IMG/VR virus record: IMGVR_UViG_3300033146_001182
Location: 24,776 to 88,775 of that record
Reading direction: 5' to 3' (one strand)
From: a virus
Length of the DNA: 64,000 nucleotides
Shown here piece by piece: positions 10,084 to 19,191 of the stretch. Numbering within the stretch: the first letter of the stretch is position 1; each line of letters begins with the position of its first letter. Below the pieces are notes generated by a model that did no database searches, was not told the origin of the DNA, and was given only the letters and a program-made list of their open reading frames with translations. A program made the position numbers and the translations under genes.

Positions 10084-10341
10084 ATGAATAATAAACAAAA
10101 ATTAAAACAATTATTTGATGAATATTGTAAAACTAATAATCCTAAAACTCTTGATATGATTAAGATTTTATGTGATATACCTTTATCTATCAAGATTCCT
10201 ATTAAAATTGTAATGGAAACAGCAGTAAGAAAAATGAATACAGATGAAATGGACATACCAGAAGATCGTATAGAAAAAAATGATATTGAAGATATTAAAG
10301 ATATTCTTGGTATTGATTTAAAGGATTTATTCAAAATATGA
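10084..10341 (+). CDS. Hypothetical protein
   Basis: ATG at 10084 just after the promoter; ATGA-coupled to uvsY. Confidence 0.6.
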   Translation: MNNKQKLKQLFDEYCKTNNPKTLDMIKILCDIPLSIKIPIKIVMETAVRKMNTDEMDIPEDRIEKNDIEDIKDILGIDLKDLFKI

Positions 10342-10829
10342 GTGACGAAAAAGATTATTCGGAATTATTAAGAGGTTATAATACAGAAACAAAATCAGTC
10401 ATTGAAAAAATTAGAGATGAATTGAATGAAGATGTATTATTTGGAAAATTAGAAGAACAATATAATGTTTATGATATTTTGATGTTCAATGAATTCACTA
10501 TAAAAGAACGGTTAGAACGAAATGCCTTTCATTATAAAGATTTTCGACTAAAATATCTACAAGAAATGGCTAAATACGAACAGGTAAAAGAACATCTTGA
10601 AAAGAAAATTGGTGAAAAATATCAAATACTTAAAGAAGGTTCTGTTAAATTAACAAAAACTGAAATTGAGAAATATTATTTACCAAAAGATGAAGAATTA
10701 CTTAAATTAAAGTCATTGGTCAGAAAACAAGAAATCAGAGCAAATTACTTTCAAGCTGTTTGTGATGCCTTTGATAAACAAGGATGGGCAATGAAAAACT
10801 TTATAGAAAATCAAAAAGGTGGTTTCTGA
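10338..10829 (+). CDS. uvsY: Recombination mediator UvsY-like
   Basis: Helical protein ending TKTEIEKY..KDEELLK...CDAFDKQGWAMKN, resembling T4 UvsY; adjacent to uvsW. Confidence 0.8.
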   Translation: MSDEKDYSELLRGYNTETKSVIEKIRDELNEDVLFGKLEEQYNVYDILMFNEFTIKERLERNAFHYKDFRLKYLQEMAKYEQVKEHLEKKIGEKYQILKEGSVKLTKTEIEKYYLPKDEELLKLKSLVRKQEIRANYFQAVCDAFDKQGWAMKNFIENQKGGF

Positions 10830-10834
10830 TATAA

Positions 10835-12280
10835 ATGATTAACTTTGTATTACATGATTCTTTACATATTAAAATTGATACTGAAAATTGGGATTACTAT
10901 AGAGCAGTAAAAGATTACTTTAGTTATTATAAACCTAATTATAAGTTTATGCCAAGATATAAAGCAGGTCTATGGGATGGTAAAATATCATTGTTTAATG
11001 GTTATAATCAAACTATTCCATATGGATTGATGTTAGACTTATTGAAATATCATAAAAAAGAATGGTCAGATGTTCCATATTCTTTATCTGATGAAGTAAA
11101 ACAACTATTTAATGGGATACCACCTGTATATAAAAAAGATTTATTATTTGAACCATATGATTATCAAGATGATTGTATTTCTGCTTGTCTAAAAACATCA
11201 AAAGGTATCATTAGGTCTGCAACAGCATCAGGTAAAAGTATTATGATCTCATATGTATTAAGAACATTATGGGAATCAGGTCAAATTGAAAATGCTATTA
11301 TTATTGTGCCTTCAATTGGATTGGTTACTCAGTTTTATACAGATATGGAAGATTATGGTATTGATATGAAATTAATAGGTAGAGTTGGTGATGATTGGAG
11401 AGAATGGGAAAAACCAATTGTCATATCAACATGGCAATCATTACAAAATGTTCCTGAACAAATGAATAGAATGGATGTTGTTGTGGTTGATGAAGTTCAT
11501 GGTGCAAAAGCTGATGTTTTATCTGGATTATTACAACAAGCAACTAGAGCAAGATTTAGATATGGATTTACTGGAACAATGCCTAGTTCACCATTAGAAC
11601 AAAATCAAATTAAATCTTATTTAGGTCCTGTATTGAGAGAATATGGTAGTGTAGAATTAGCTAAACTTGGTTATGTTGCAAAATGTATTATTAATATGGT
11701 TTATATTAATTATGATGAAAAACCTAAAGGTAATTATAATGAAGTTAAAGATCAATGTTTTAATAATATTTTTAGATTAGGTATTATTAAAAATATTATT
11801 CTTAAAACAGATGATAACATATTATTATTAGTAGGAAAAGTAGAAGATGAAGGTGAAATGTTAAAAGAATTGTTGATTGATGATCCTTTGTTTGAAAAAT
11901 ATGAAATTGAATTTTTATCAGGTAAAGATGATGGAACTGAAAGAGAAAAATGGCGTAAATATATGGATACAAGTAATAATACTATTCTTATCGCTACTTA
12001 TGGTATTTTTCAACAAGGTATTAACATTAAGTCTTTATCTAATTTAATACTTGCATCACCATTCAAAAGTAAAGTTAGAGTTTTACAATCCATTGGTAGA
12101 ACATTAAGATTACATGCAGATAAAAAGAATGGTGCTGTTATATGGGATATTTGTGATAGAGTTAAATATCTTGATAAACATGCTGATACAAGAATGAAAC
12201 ATTATTCTATTGAAGGGTTTGAAGTAGTAGACCATGAATTAGTAGAAGGGAATATATACGAAAACACCCTATTTGACTAG
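10835..12280 (+). CDS. uvsW: SF2 DNA helicase UvsW
   Basis: WDGKI, ATASGKS, DEVH, GFTGT, QSIGRTLR. Confidence 0.95.
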   Translation: MINFVLHDSLHIKIDTENWDYYRAVKDYFSYYKPNYKFMPRYKAGLWDGKISLFNGYNQTIPYGLMLDLLKYHKKEWSDVPYSLSDEVKQLFNGIPPVYKKDLLFEPYDYQDDCISACLKTSKGIIRSATASGKSIMISYVLRTLWESGQIENAIIIVPSIGLVTQFYTDMEDYGIDMKLIGRVGDDWREWEKPIVISTWQSLQNVPEQMNRMDVVVVDEVHGAKADVLSGLLQQATRARFRYGFTGTMPSSPLEQNQIKSYLGPVLREYGSVELAKLGYVAKCIINMVYINYDEKPKGNYNEVKDQCFNNIFRLGIIKNIILKTDDNILLLVGKVEDEGEMLKELLIDDPLFEKYEIEFLSGKDDGTEREKWRKYMDTSNNTILIATYGIFQQGINIKSLSNLILASPFKSKVRVLQSIGRTLRLHADKKNGAVIWDICDRVKYLDKHADTRMKHYSIEGFEVVDHELVEGNIYENTLFD

Positions 12281-12287
12281 GGTGTTT
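12262..12287. terminator. Bidirectional terminator between convergent operons
   Basis: AAACACCCTA-tttgac-TAGGGTGTTT. Confidence 0.75.
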
Positions 12288-12296
12288 AGTAATTCA

Positions 12297-12584
12297 TTAA
12301 TTTTGACCAACATAAGGTCCTTTATGTAATTTCAAATATTTTTCTCGTCCAATAGCATCAACAACTTCAGCATCTTTGGATGATCTTAATTGTTTCAAAA
12401 CACCATTTGCAGTTTTCCTTGAAACAACCGTACTTCTTGGTGTGTCAAATGGGGAATAAATCCACTCGTATTGATTTTTTTGTCCTTTTATTTTATGTAA
12501 TACCTTTCCATCAGGTTGAACAAGTAACCATACATTAGCAGTAGATTCATTCAACATCACATCAATCCTTTCTAATATATCCAT
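12297..12584 (-). CDS. Putative internal head protein
   Basis: Leader MDILERIDVMLNE. Confidence 0.6.
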   Translation of the reverse strand: MDILERIDVMLNESTANVWLLVQPDGKVLHKIKGQKNQYEWIYSPFDTPRSTVVSRKTANGVLKQLRSSKDAEVVDAIGREKYLKLHKGPYVGQN

Positions 12585-12788
12585 TTAATGTTTCCATCCT
12601 CCCGCATTTTTAGCAAATTGAGCCATTTTTCTTACATGTGGATCATCACTATTAAGACCCTTTTGAATATCAGCATCAGTAATAGGTTCATCTTCATCTT
12701 TACCTAACCATTGATGAAATGCACCTTTTTTTAATTTTAATTTCATTTTTTCTAAAATATATTTTTCTACTACTTCATCAATACTCAT
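12585..12788 (-). CDS. Putative internal head protein
   Basis: Leader MSIDEVVEKYILE; KKGAFHQWLG...RKMAQFAKNA. Confidence 0.6.
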   Translation of the reverse strand: MSIDEVVEKYILEKMKLKLKKGAFHQWLGKDEDEPITDADIQKGLNSDDPHVRKMAQFAKNAGGWKH

Positions 12789-13087
12789 AATTTCAATCCT
12801 TTTAGTGGTTTTACCCAACCTTCACCACTCTTTTGATCTGAAAACCCTGTAAATTCTGTTTTTCCTGCTTCTGGAAAATAATTCGGATTGTTTGGCATTT
12901 CAACACTCGAATCTTTTTCAAGCCAATGATACGCTCCTTCGGGTGTTTTCCCTAAATATTTCGCCCATTTTGGGGCATCTTTTAGAATTGGTTTGCCTAC
13001 AGTAACCTTAACTTTTAATTTTCTACCTAATTTGTTTAATATTGTACCCTCACTAATATATTTTCCTACTACTTCATCAATATTCAT
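12785..13087 (-). CDS. Putative internal head protein
   Basis: Leader MNIDEVVGKYISE, near-identical at DNA level to the neighbour's leader. Confidence 0.6.
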   Translation of the reverse strand: MNIDEVVGKYISEGTILNKLGRKLKVKVTVGKPILKDAPKWAKYLGKTPEGAYHWLEKDSSVEMPNNPNYFPEAGKTEFTGFSDQKSGEGWVKPLKGLKL

Positions 13088-13095
13088 AGTATACC

Positions 13096-13410
13096 TCAAC
13101 TAATATACATGTTCAATTCAAAACGACCTTCATCACCATAAATCTGAACATGTAACATCTTTTTTTGTTCTTTGTTATTTTTATATAACTTCAAATCAAA
13201 TTTATTAGTTTTTCCATTTGTCGGTTTCTTTGGACCTCGTCCAATTTCATCAAACATTTGTGAACCAATATTTTCTTTATCGGATTCATCATCTAATGTA
13301 TATCCATTTTTCTTTACAAACTTCTCAATCTCTGATACAGCATCAGAATATGATTTGTGATAAATCTCATAATCTTTTTTACCTTCATTTAGATATTTTT
13401 CTAATTTCAT
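13096..13410 (-). CDS. Putative internal head protein
   Basis: Leader MKLEKYLNE; C-terminal LHVQIY...FELNMYI. Confidence 0.6.
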   Translation of the reverse strand: MKLEKYLNEGKKDYEIYHKSYSDAVSEIEKFVKKNGYTLDDESDKENIGSQMFDEIGRGPKKPTNGKTNKFDLKLYKNNKEQKKMLHVQIYGDEGRFELNMYIS

Positions 13411-13419
13411 GATGATCTC

Positions 13420-13806
13420 CTAATATTTATTCCTTAATAATTTCTTTTCCCAAGGTCCATATGTCTTGAATTCAGTAACTTTTCTACTCATTTCTTCATA
13501 TGTATAACAGTATACATTTTTTTTATCAATTTGTCCAATTTCATAATACATCTTTTTTGGAAGTTTAATTGGTATTGTTTCATCTATAACAATTTGATTA
13601 TCCTCCACCCAAGCATGAGTATAAACGATACCTTCTATATTTCCTTGTCCTGTTACCAATCCATGACACAATTTTAATCTTTTACTTTTGTGTGACATCA
13701 TATAATTCAATGCAACTTGAAAACAATCTCCACCTTGATTTGCATCAGGAATATCATCATGATAACCAAAGCCTTCAAATAATCTAAGAAATCTTGAATA
13801 TCTCAT
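13420..13806 (-). CDS. Transglutaminase/papain-like fold protein
   Basis: GDCFQVA...CHG...HAWVE...ID putative Cys-His-Asp triad; leader MRYSRFLRLFE. Confidence 0.55.
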   Translation of the reverse strand: MRYSRFLRLFEGFGYHDDIPDANQGGDCFQVALNYMMSHKSKRLKLCHGLVTGQGNIEGIVYTHAWVEDNQIVIDETIPIKLPKKMYYEIGQIDKKNVYCYTYEEMSRKVTEFKTYGPWEKKLLRNKY

Positions 13807-14507
13807 TACTTTTCCACCACAAAAGCTGTTTTCTTTCCATCTTTTTTCTTGGAAAACTCCATCCCCAAAGAATCAGCAATATCAATCAATGACAATGTGA
13901 GATCATCATTTGGTAAATATGTCAAGACAACCTCATCATCATAATTAGTTATATTAACATCAGCTTTAATACTTTTTAATTTTAACTGTTTATTTTTTGC
14001 CATCAATATTGACTTTGATAACATTTTACGATCATTTGATGATAATACTTCTTCATTGATGATTTCTGTATCTCCAATCCATGATGTAATTTTTTCAGTA
14101 ATATCCATAGTTTCCTCTTTATCATTACTTAATTTTTCTTCTTGATCAACTTCACCATCCTTAAAAGCGTCTTCTTTATCAGGGGATAATTCATGTCTTT
14201 TACCAGAAGTATGTTTCCATAATCTATCACCTAAAATACTTTTAAGACTATCTAATGTATCTGAATATGAATCATCAGAACCCATACCTATAGAATGTTC
14301 AAATTCATCGTAATTCCAATTTTCATCTTTATCAGCGGCAGGAACATACTTTATGGTTGAACCTGTCAATCTATTTGTTACCAATTCTGGAACATATTTA
14401 TCACCAAATACTGTTGTTCCTGTTGGCAAATCATCATCGGAAGCAGGTCCTGTTGAACCATCATCTGGATATCCACCTGTTACAGTAGTCTCAAATATAT
14501 TCTTCAT
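13806..14507 (-). CDS. Acidic hypothetical (putative virion) protein
   Basis: ORF in late operon; starts MKNIFE. Confidence 0.6.
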   Translation of the reverse strand: MKNIFETTVTGGYPDDGSTGPASDDDLPTGTTVFGDKYVPELVTNRLTGSTIKYVPAADKDENWNYDEFEHSIGMGSDDSYSDTLDSLKSILGDRLWKHTSGKRHELSPDKEDAFKDGEVDQEEKLSNDKEETMDITEKITSWIGDTEIINEEVLSSNDRKMLSKSILMAKNKQLKLKSIKADVNITNYDDEVVLTYLPNDDLTLSLIDIADSLGMEFSKKKDGKKTAFVVEK

Positions 14508-15238
14508 TAATAACTATACCATCCTTTTACTTTTTGTTTGATATTTTCTTTACTAATATCATTTGTATTTTCAAGATACTTTCCATTATTATTTATAAGT
14601 TCTTGAATAATATCTTGCCCATATAAGTTTTTTATTGGAGCAGAAAAGAAAGTATTTGTTTTTGAATATAATTTAGATACAACTTTATCAGTTAATTCAC
14701 CATCATTGTTGTTAACTTCTAAAAACCAATCAAATTCACTTTTGTAATAAGGTTTTAATCTATTAATTTTTTCCCATGTTTCAACAATAAAATCAACAGG
14801 AACATGTCTACCAATTCGTTTTTCTCTTTCTTCAGCACGAGCAATTGCTGCATCTAAATCAGTATTTACCCATAACATACCAGTATCATAACCATATGCC
14901 TCTAATATACCTTGTCTTGATTTGACATCACTTGTCTTTGACGATGTTCCATCAATCCATAAAGGTAATAAACTATTAATATATAATGTTAACTGATTGG
15001 CAGATATTCTTTTAATATCATCTTTGAAAAAATCCCATTGTCCTTTTGCACCTGCACCTAGAAACTCCACCCAAGTATCAGTGTTTACAACTCTTGGTTC
15101 AACACCACCACTTAATTTCTTTCTAACAAATGACTTACCAGCACCTGGAGTTCCTGCTAAAAATATCGCTTTTAATATACCCTTATCGTTAATACTTTCT
15201 GTTAACATATAATTTTCAAATTTCATCATGTTCCCCAT
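14507..15238 (-). CDS. P-loop kinase (AAA_33 / zeta-toxin-like)
   Basis: KAIFLAGTPGAGKS, VVNTD, WIDGT, AIARAEERE..GRHVP; leader MKFENYMLTE. Confidence 0.8.
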   Translation of the reverse strand: MGNMMKFENYMLTESINDKGILKAIFLAGTPGAGKSFVRKKLSGGVEPRVVNTDTWVEFLGAGAKGQWDFFKDDIKRISANQLTLYINSLLPLWIDGTSSKTSDVKSRQGILEAYGYDTGMLWVNTDLDAAIARAEEREKRIGRHVPVDFIVETWEKINRLKPYYKSEFDWFLEVNNNDGELTDKVVSKLYSKTNTFFSAPIKNLYGQDIIQELINNNGKYLENTNDISKENIKQKVKGWYSY

Positions 15239-15560
15239 TTAATTTGTTCGGATATCTTATATCACCCATTTGCCATCTTCCTAATGGTATGAACTTAATT
15301 ATTCCTTCTGAATTTCTTATAAAAATCCCCATTAGTGATATTTCTTCTATTACACCTTCAAATCCATCATATATTATTAATGTTCTTTTTGAAAATAAAT
15401 CAGAAAACCTTAACCTTACATATATTGCAATATTTTTAGTAATATTAACAATCATATTCATAATTATTAATAATATTATACCTTTAAGAAATATACTATA
15501 TAATTCTGGAGCAATTTCATTTAACAATTGCATTATTTGATCGGCTAATTGTGTTTCCAT
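15216..15560 (-). CDS. Small membrane protein with MscS-like beta domain
   Basis: TM helix followed by GFEGVIEEISLMGIFIRN..G.IKFIP. Confidence 0.55.
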   Translation of the reverse strand: METQLADQIMQLLNEIAPELYSIFLKGIILLIIMNMIVNITKNIAIYVRLRFSDLFSKRTLIIYDGFEGVIEEISLMGIFIRNSEGIIKFIPLGRWQMGDIRYPNKLNGEHDEI

Positions 15561-15980
15561 TTAATCAATCTCAATAATTTTTATTTGTTTTCCTTCAACA
15601 ACAACATGTTCTGTTCCTGTTTTTGGTATATGTTTACCTTTCGGCAAAAATGTTATTAATTTAATATTACCTTGTGGGTCAATTGTACTTACAAATCCTT
15701 GTTTAAGACTTCTTGACCAAAATAAAATCTCTTCACCAGTATGAACACCCAATTCAATAGCTTTTTCAATAGCTTCTTTGAATAATCTTTTCAAATCTTC
15801 AACCGATAATTTATTTCGTTGAATTATTCTCTCCAACCCATGTGCAGTATTAATAATCCATTTATTTTTCCAAAAATATAAAAACTTACTACCCATACTT
15901 AATACATTATCAAGAACACCTTCTGATATATGCTTCTGAGAAACCTTTTCAGTTAATATAAATTCAATAAATGATTTCAT
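15561..15980 (-). CDS. Putative internal head protein, possible RNase-like fold
   Basis: Leader MKSFIEFILTE; TAHGLERIIQR...LITFL. Confidence 0.5.
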   Translation of the reverse strand: MKSFIEFILTEKVSQKHISEGVLDNVLSMGSKFLYFWKNKWIINTAHGLERIIQRNKLSVEDLKRLFKEAIEKAIELGVHTGEEILFWSRSLKQGFVSTIDPQGNIKLITFLPKGKHIPKTGTEHVVVEGKQIKIIEID

Positions 15981-16273
15981 AAAATTAATCCTACATCACG
16001 TTTTGATAATTCAATCTTATACTTCTTTTTCATGAAATCTCGAAGTTCTTTTCGAATTTTATCAACTTCTTTCATGAATTTAATTTTTTGACCTGGAGCC
16101 ATACCTTTTGAATGCTTATCATAATAATTTTTAATCAACTTCGCACAAGATTTTGCTTGTTCTTTAGTTTTACAACTCTTTATAGATTTTTGAACTTTTT
16201 CTAAATCCTGTTCACGATTTTTATCTTCACCTTCGTTAATTTCAATATATTTTTCAACAATATCTTCAATCAT
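15977..16273 (-). CDS. Putative internal head protein
   Basis: Leader MIEDIVEKYIEINE. Confidence 0.55.
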   Translation of the reverse strand: MIEDIVEKYIEINEGEDKNREQDLEKVQKSIKSCKTKEQAKSCAKLIKNYYDKHSKGMAPGQKIKFMKEVDKIRKELRDFMKKKYKIELSKRDVGLIL

Positions 16274-16575
16274 TTGTTCTTCTCCTCGTGACGTTTTGTT
16301 TGTTTTTCATAACATAAAATAGCATCAGATAACCCATTATTATATGTTTTCATTTTTTGTGCATTACCTATCAATATATTTATGTTATATGCACTACCTA
16401 AATGACTGTTTGGGTCAAGTTCTACATAATTAGGTTTATTAGGAACAGTACAAGGATTATATACATATACTGTTTTTATGATCACCTTTGGTTCAGGTGG
16501 AATCGGTTTAGGACATCCACTAATTATTAAAGATATCATTAAGACGATTAACAGCATCAATACTCTTTTCATCAT
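16270..16575 (-). CDS. o-spanin (Rz1-like lipoprotein)
   Basis: Lipobox ISGC, Pro-rich mature region, overlaps upstream i-spanin. Confidence 0.8.
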   Translation of the reverse strand: MMKRVLMLLIVLMISLIISGCPKPIPPEPKVIIKTVYVYNPCTVPNKPNYVELDPNSHLGSAYNINILIGNAQKMKTYNNGLSDAILCYEKQTKRHEEKNK

Positions 16576-16945
16576 TCACCACCTTATTTGATGATGGAAC
16601 TACAGGAGTTTCATCATCATTATTATAACACACTTTATTATCATATAATTCTTGCCAATGTTCTACTTGTTTGTAAGCAGCTTCTAATTGTTCTTTTATT
16701 GCATTATTAGATTTCATCCATTCATCTGCTTGATTGTTACATGTACTAATTGCATCTAATAAATCACTTTCATTACTCTTACAAGTATTGAAATTATTTT
16801 CCATTAGAACTATTGATGCTTTAAGTTTTTCTATTTTTGCATCTTGTATTTTATTATTAGTATATAATGTTCCACATATTAACACTAATACAATAATTGC
16901 TAATATTGCTGGTTTCTTTATAAAATTTAATACCATCATCCACAT
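16520..16945 (-). CDS. i-spanin (Rz-like)
   Basis: N-terminal TM plus coiled coil, between holin and lipoprotein. Confidence 0.75.
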   Translation of the reverse strand: MWMMVLNFIKKPAILAIIVLVLICGTLYTNNKIQDAKIEKLKASIVLMENNFNTCKSNESDLLDAISTCNNQADEWMKSNNAIKEQLEAAYKQVEHWQELYDNKVCYNNDDETPVVPSSNKVVNDEKSIDAVNRLNDIFNN

Positions 16946-16966
16946 TTTTTATATTCCTATGATTCT

Positions 16967-17206
16967 TTATTTTGGTTTGGTTGAATTGAATAATACAGTC
17001 TTTTTAAGGATATTATAAGTTGCTGTAATATACAACATTTGTGTATGTGCTGCTGTGATATCTGTAGTTGTGAATGCCCATTTCCACATAGCAAGTCCAA
17101 ATGTCATCCAAAAAGCAACTCTACCAACAGACATATTTGTATATTCACCTTCTGGATTTCTTTCTGATATCAATGAAATAAAGAAGTTTGATTTTTTCTT
17201 TTCCAT
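16967..17206 (-). CDS. Putative holin
   Basis: Small hydrophobic protein (SVGRVAFW) upstream of spanins, under late promoters. Confidence 0.55.
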   Translation of the reverse strand: MEKKKSNFFISLISERNPEGEYTNMSVGRVAFWMTFGLAMWKWAFTTTDITAAHTQMLYITATYNILKKTVLFNSTKPK

Positions 17207-17223
17207 AATTCCCCCAATACACT

Positions 17224-17246
17224 TATTTATATTATAGGTATTTATA
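17224..17246 (-). promoter_or_regulatory. Two tandem T4-type late promoters
   Basis: TATAAATA at 17246-17239 and 17231-17224, heading the lysis/internal-protein operon. Confidence 0.7.
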
Positions 17247-17247
17247 T

Positions 17248-17282
17248 AAAAAAATAGGGTGATACCCGAAAGGCATCACCCC
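17248..17282 (-). terminator. Rho-independent terminator closing the Ubl cassette
   Basis: GGGTGATGCC-TTCG-GGTATCACCC-like hairpin followed by a T tract. Confidence 0.85.
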
Positions 17283-17309
17283 AATTTCATAGGAGGAAAT
17301 TAATTTTTA

Positions 17310-18419
17310 CTAATGAATAATTCTTATATTAACAGGTTCTTCTTCAACAATTTCTTCCTCTGTCAAATCACAGATTGAATCATCGTTGTCATCGGTATCA
17401 ATTTTAATATCAATACCATATGATACTTGGTGATAACCTGTTTGTCCACCAGTACCACTTTCTTCATCTTCGGTTGTCCAATTTTCAACTTCATTTTTTG
17501 TTGTATCTTCAATGGACTCCCATTCTTCCTCTTCCCATTCCTCATCAGTCATGACCATAGTTTGTTCTTCTTCCATTTGTTGAAGAAGATGAAGTTCTTG
17601 GTCAGCAGTTCCATCTTCAATCAATTCAGTAATATCATCATCTGAATAATATTTACTTAATGATGTACGAAGTTCTTTTTCCATTTTAGGAGTGTAATAC
17701 AAACCTGTTACTGGATGAAGATGTCGTGTTACAACATCTTTTGAAATTGAAGAATCAATATCACTAAAATGATTAACATAAACAGGACGATTGGAATTGA
17801 TTTTAGAAGTAAACTCTTTTTCAAAAGCATCTTCATCAAGAACTTTCTTATGTTTTACTGAAAAAGTCAAATCTTCAGCAAGAATATAAGAACCACAAAG
17901 GGTCTTCATTCTTACTTGTCCTTTAATTGGTGAAGAAGGGTTAGTTGAAACTACAATTGAAACATCATGGTTTTGATTAATATAAGCATCATCAGTTCCA
18001 CTAAAAAATGCTCCCATTGTATGGTGTGAATGGATAACACCAATGATTTTACGACCATCACTCCAACCATATTCAACATTATAAACATTAACTCCTGTTA
18101 CTTCTTGACTATCAGGAATAATAATATCAGTTACCAGAACATGTTTTTGTTCATGATTAACTTCACCTTCCAGATAAGCCAACCATTCCAAAGTTGGGTA
18201 ATAATCTTGAAGTTTTTTGATTTTCTCATCAGCCAAAACTTCAAATTCAACCTTATATTTAGGAACGGTCATATGACCACATGTTTTGATGATTTTAATA
18301 CCAGCATCCCAACAAGTATTTGCTGCGGCAATTTGTTTGGCAAATGCCCCACCCTTATTATGTTTTTTAATAAGTGCGTCCATTTCCTCATTGGTCATTG
18401 GTTTCAAATGATTTTTCAT
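17310..18419 (-). CDS. JAB/MPN+ metalloprotease (deubiquitinase-like) with acidic C-terminal tail
   Basis: EWLAYL (catalytic E) ... GVIHSHHTMGAFFSGTD = HxH-x7-S-x2-D. Confidence 0.9.
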   Translation of the reverse strand: MKNHLKPMTNEEMDALIKKHNKGGAFAKQIAAANTCWDAGIKIIKTCGHMTVPKYKVEFEVLADEKIKKLQDYYPTLEWLAYLEGEVNHEQKHVLVTDIIIPDSQEVTGVNVYNVEYGWSDGRKIIGVIHSHHTMGAFFSGTDDAYINQNHDVSIVVSTNPSSPIKGQVRMKTLCGSYILAEDLTFSVKHKKVLDEDAFEKEFTSKINSNRPVYVNHFSDIDSSISKDVVTRHLHPVTGLYYTPKMEKELRTSLSKYYSDDDITELIEDGTADQELHLLQQMEEEQTMVMTDEEWEEEEWESIEDTTKNEVENWTTEDEESGTGGQTGYHQVSYGIDIKIDTDDNDDSICDLTEEEIVEEEPVNIRIIH

Positions 18420-18441
18420 ATTAAATCCTTATAGTTTATTT

Positions 18442-18486
18442 GTTATCAGATGGGGCTAGTATAACCTAACCCCATGATTCTGTCAA
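18442..18486 (-). promoter_or_regulatory. Sigma70 promoter plus ATCTGATAAC leader for JAB gene
   Basis: TTGACA-17-TATACT-6 nt-ATCTGATAAC. Confidence 0.85.
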
Positions 18487-18488
18487 GA

Positions 18489-19082
18489 TTAAACAGAATA
18501 GAAATCTTTCAAATGACAACCCATTTCACCACCTGAATATTTCATTACTTTTCCAACAACCAGTGCGGCAGCCATAATGGCAGGAACAGCCCAAGATGGG
18601 GTAACACGATAACCATCTTGTGTATCACCAACATCCCAAGAAGCAACACGGTCATTGATAGACATACGTTCACCATCATAACCTGATTTTACATACTTAG
18701 CACCATTCTCATCTGCCATTCGTTGATTTTCAAGTTGTGATTTATGGTTATCAGTACAATCAATAACCCAATCAACATTTTTTGGATAAGTATGGTCTTT
18801 CAGTGGAAATGGAAATGCCTTCACTTTTGTATCAGGACGAAGTTGTTTAATAACAGTTTTGACAATATCAGCTTTATTTTTACCGATAAAATCAGCTGTT
18901 ACATCCAACCGATTAAGATTAGATTCTTCCAAAGTATCAGGGTCAAAAACATACAGTTCTTTGATACCAGACATTGCCAAAAGTTTAGCAACATGAAAAC
19001 CAATTCCGCCAGCACCAACTACTAATACTTTCAAATCAGTATTAATTCCTTCAATCAATTCTTGCCGATTGTAAATGGACAT
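18489..19082 (-). CDS. ThiF/E1-like adenylyltransferase
   Basis: VVGAGGIG, DPDTLEESNLNR, GKNKAD, VIDCTDN. Confidence 0.93.
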   Translation of the reverse strand: MSIYNRQELIEGINTDLKVLVVGAGGIGFHVAKLLAMSGIKELYVFDPDTLEESNLNRLDVTADFIGKNKADIVKTVIKQLRPDTKVKAFPFPLKDHTYPKNVDWVIDCTDNHKSQLENQRMADENGAKYVKSGYDGERMSINDRVASWDVGDTQDGYRVTPSWAVPAIMAAALVVGKVMKYSGGEMGCHLKDFYSV

Positions 19083-19103
19083 AATTTTTTCCTTTCAAAT
19101 AAT

Positions 19104-19149
19104 CGTTATCAGATAGATATATAATACGAAATTAAGTTTGATTTGTCAA
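19104..19149 (-). promoter_or_regulatory. Sigma70 promoter plus ATCTGATAACG leader for E1 gene
   Basis: TTGACA-17-TATTAT-6 nt-ATCTGATAACG. Confidence 0.85.
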
Positions 19150-19191
19150 GAAAAGATTGGGCGAAATAAATCACCCAATCTTTCCTCATTA

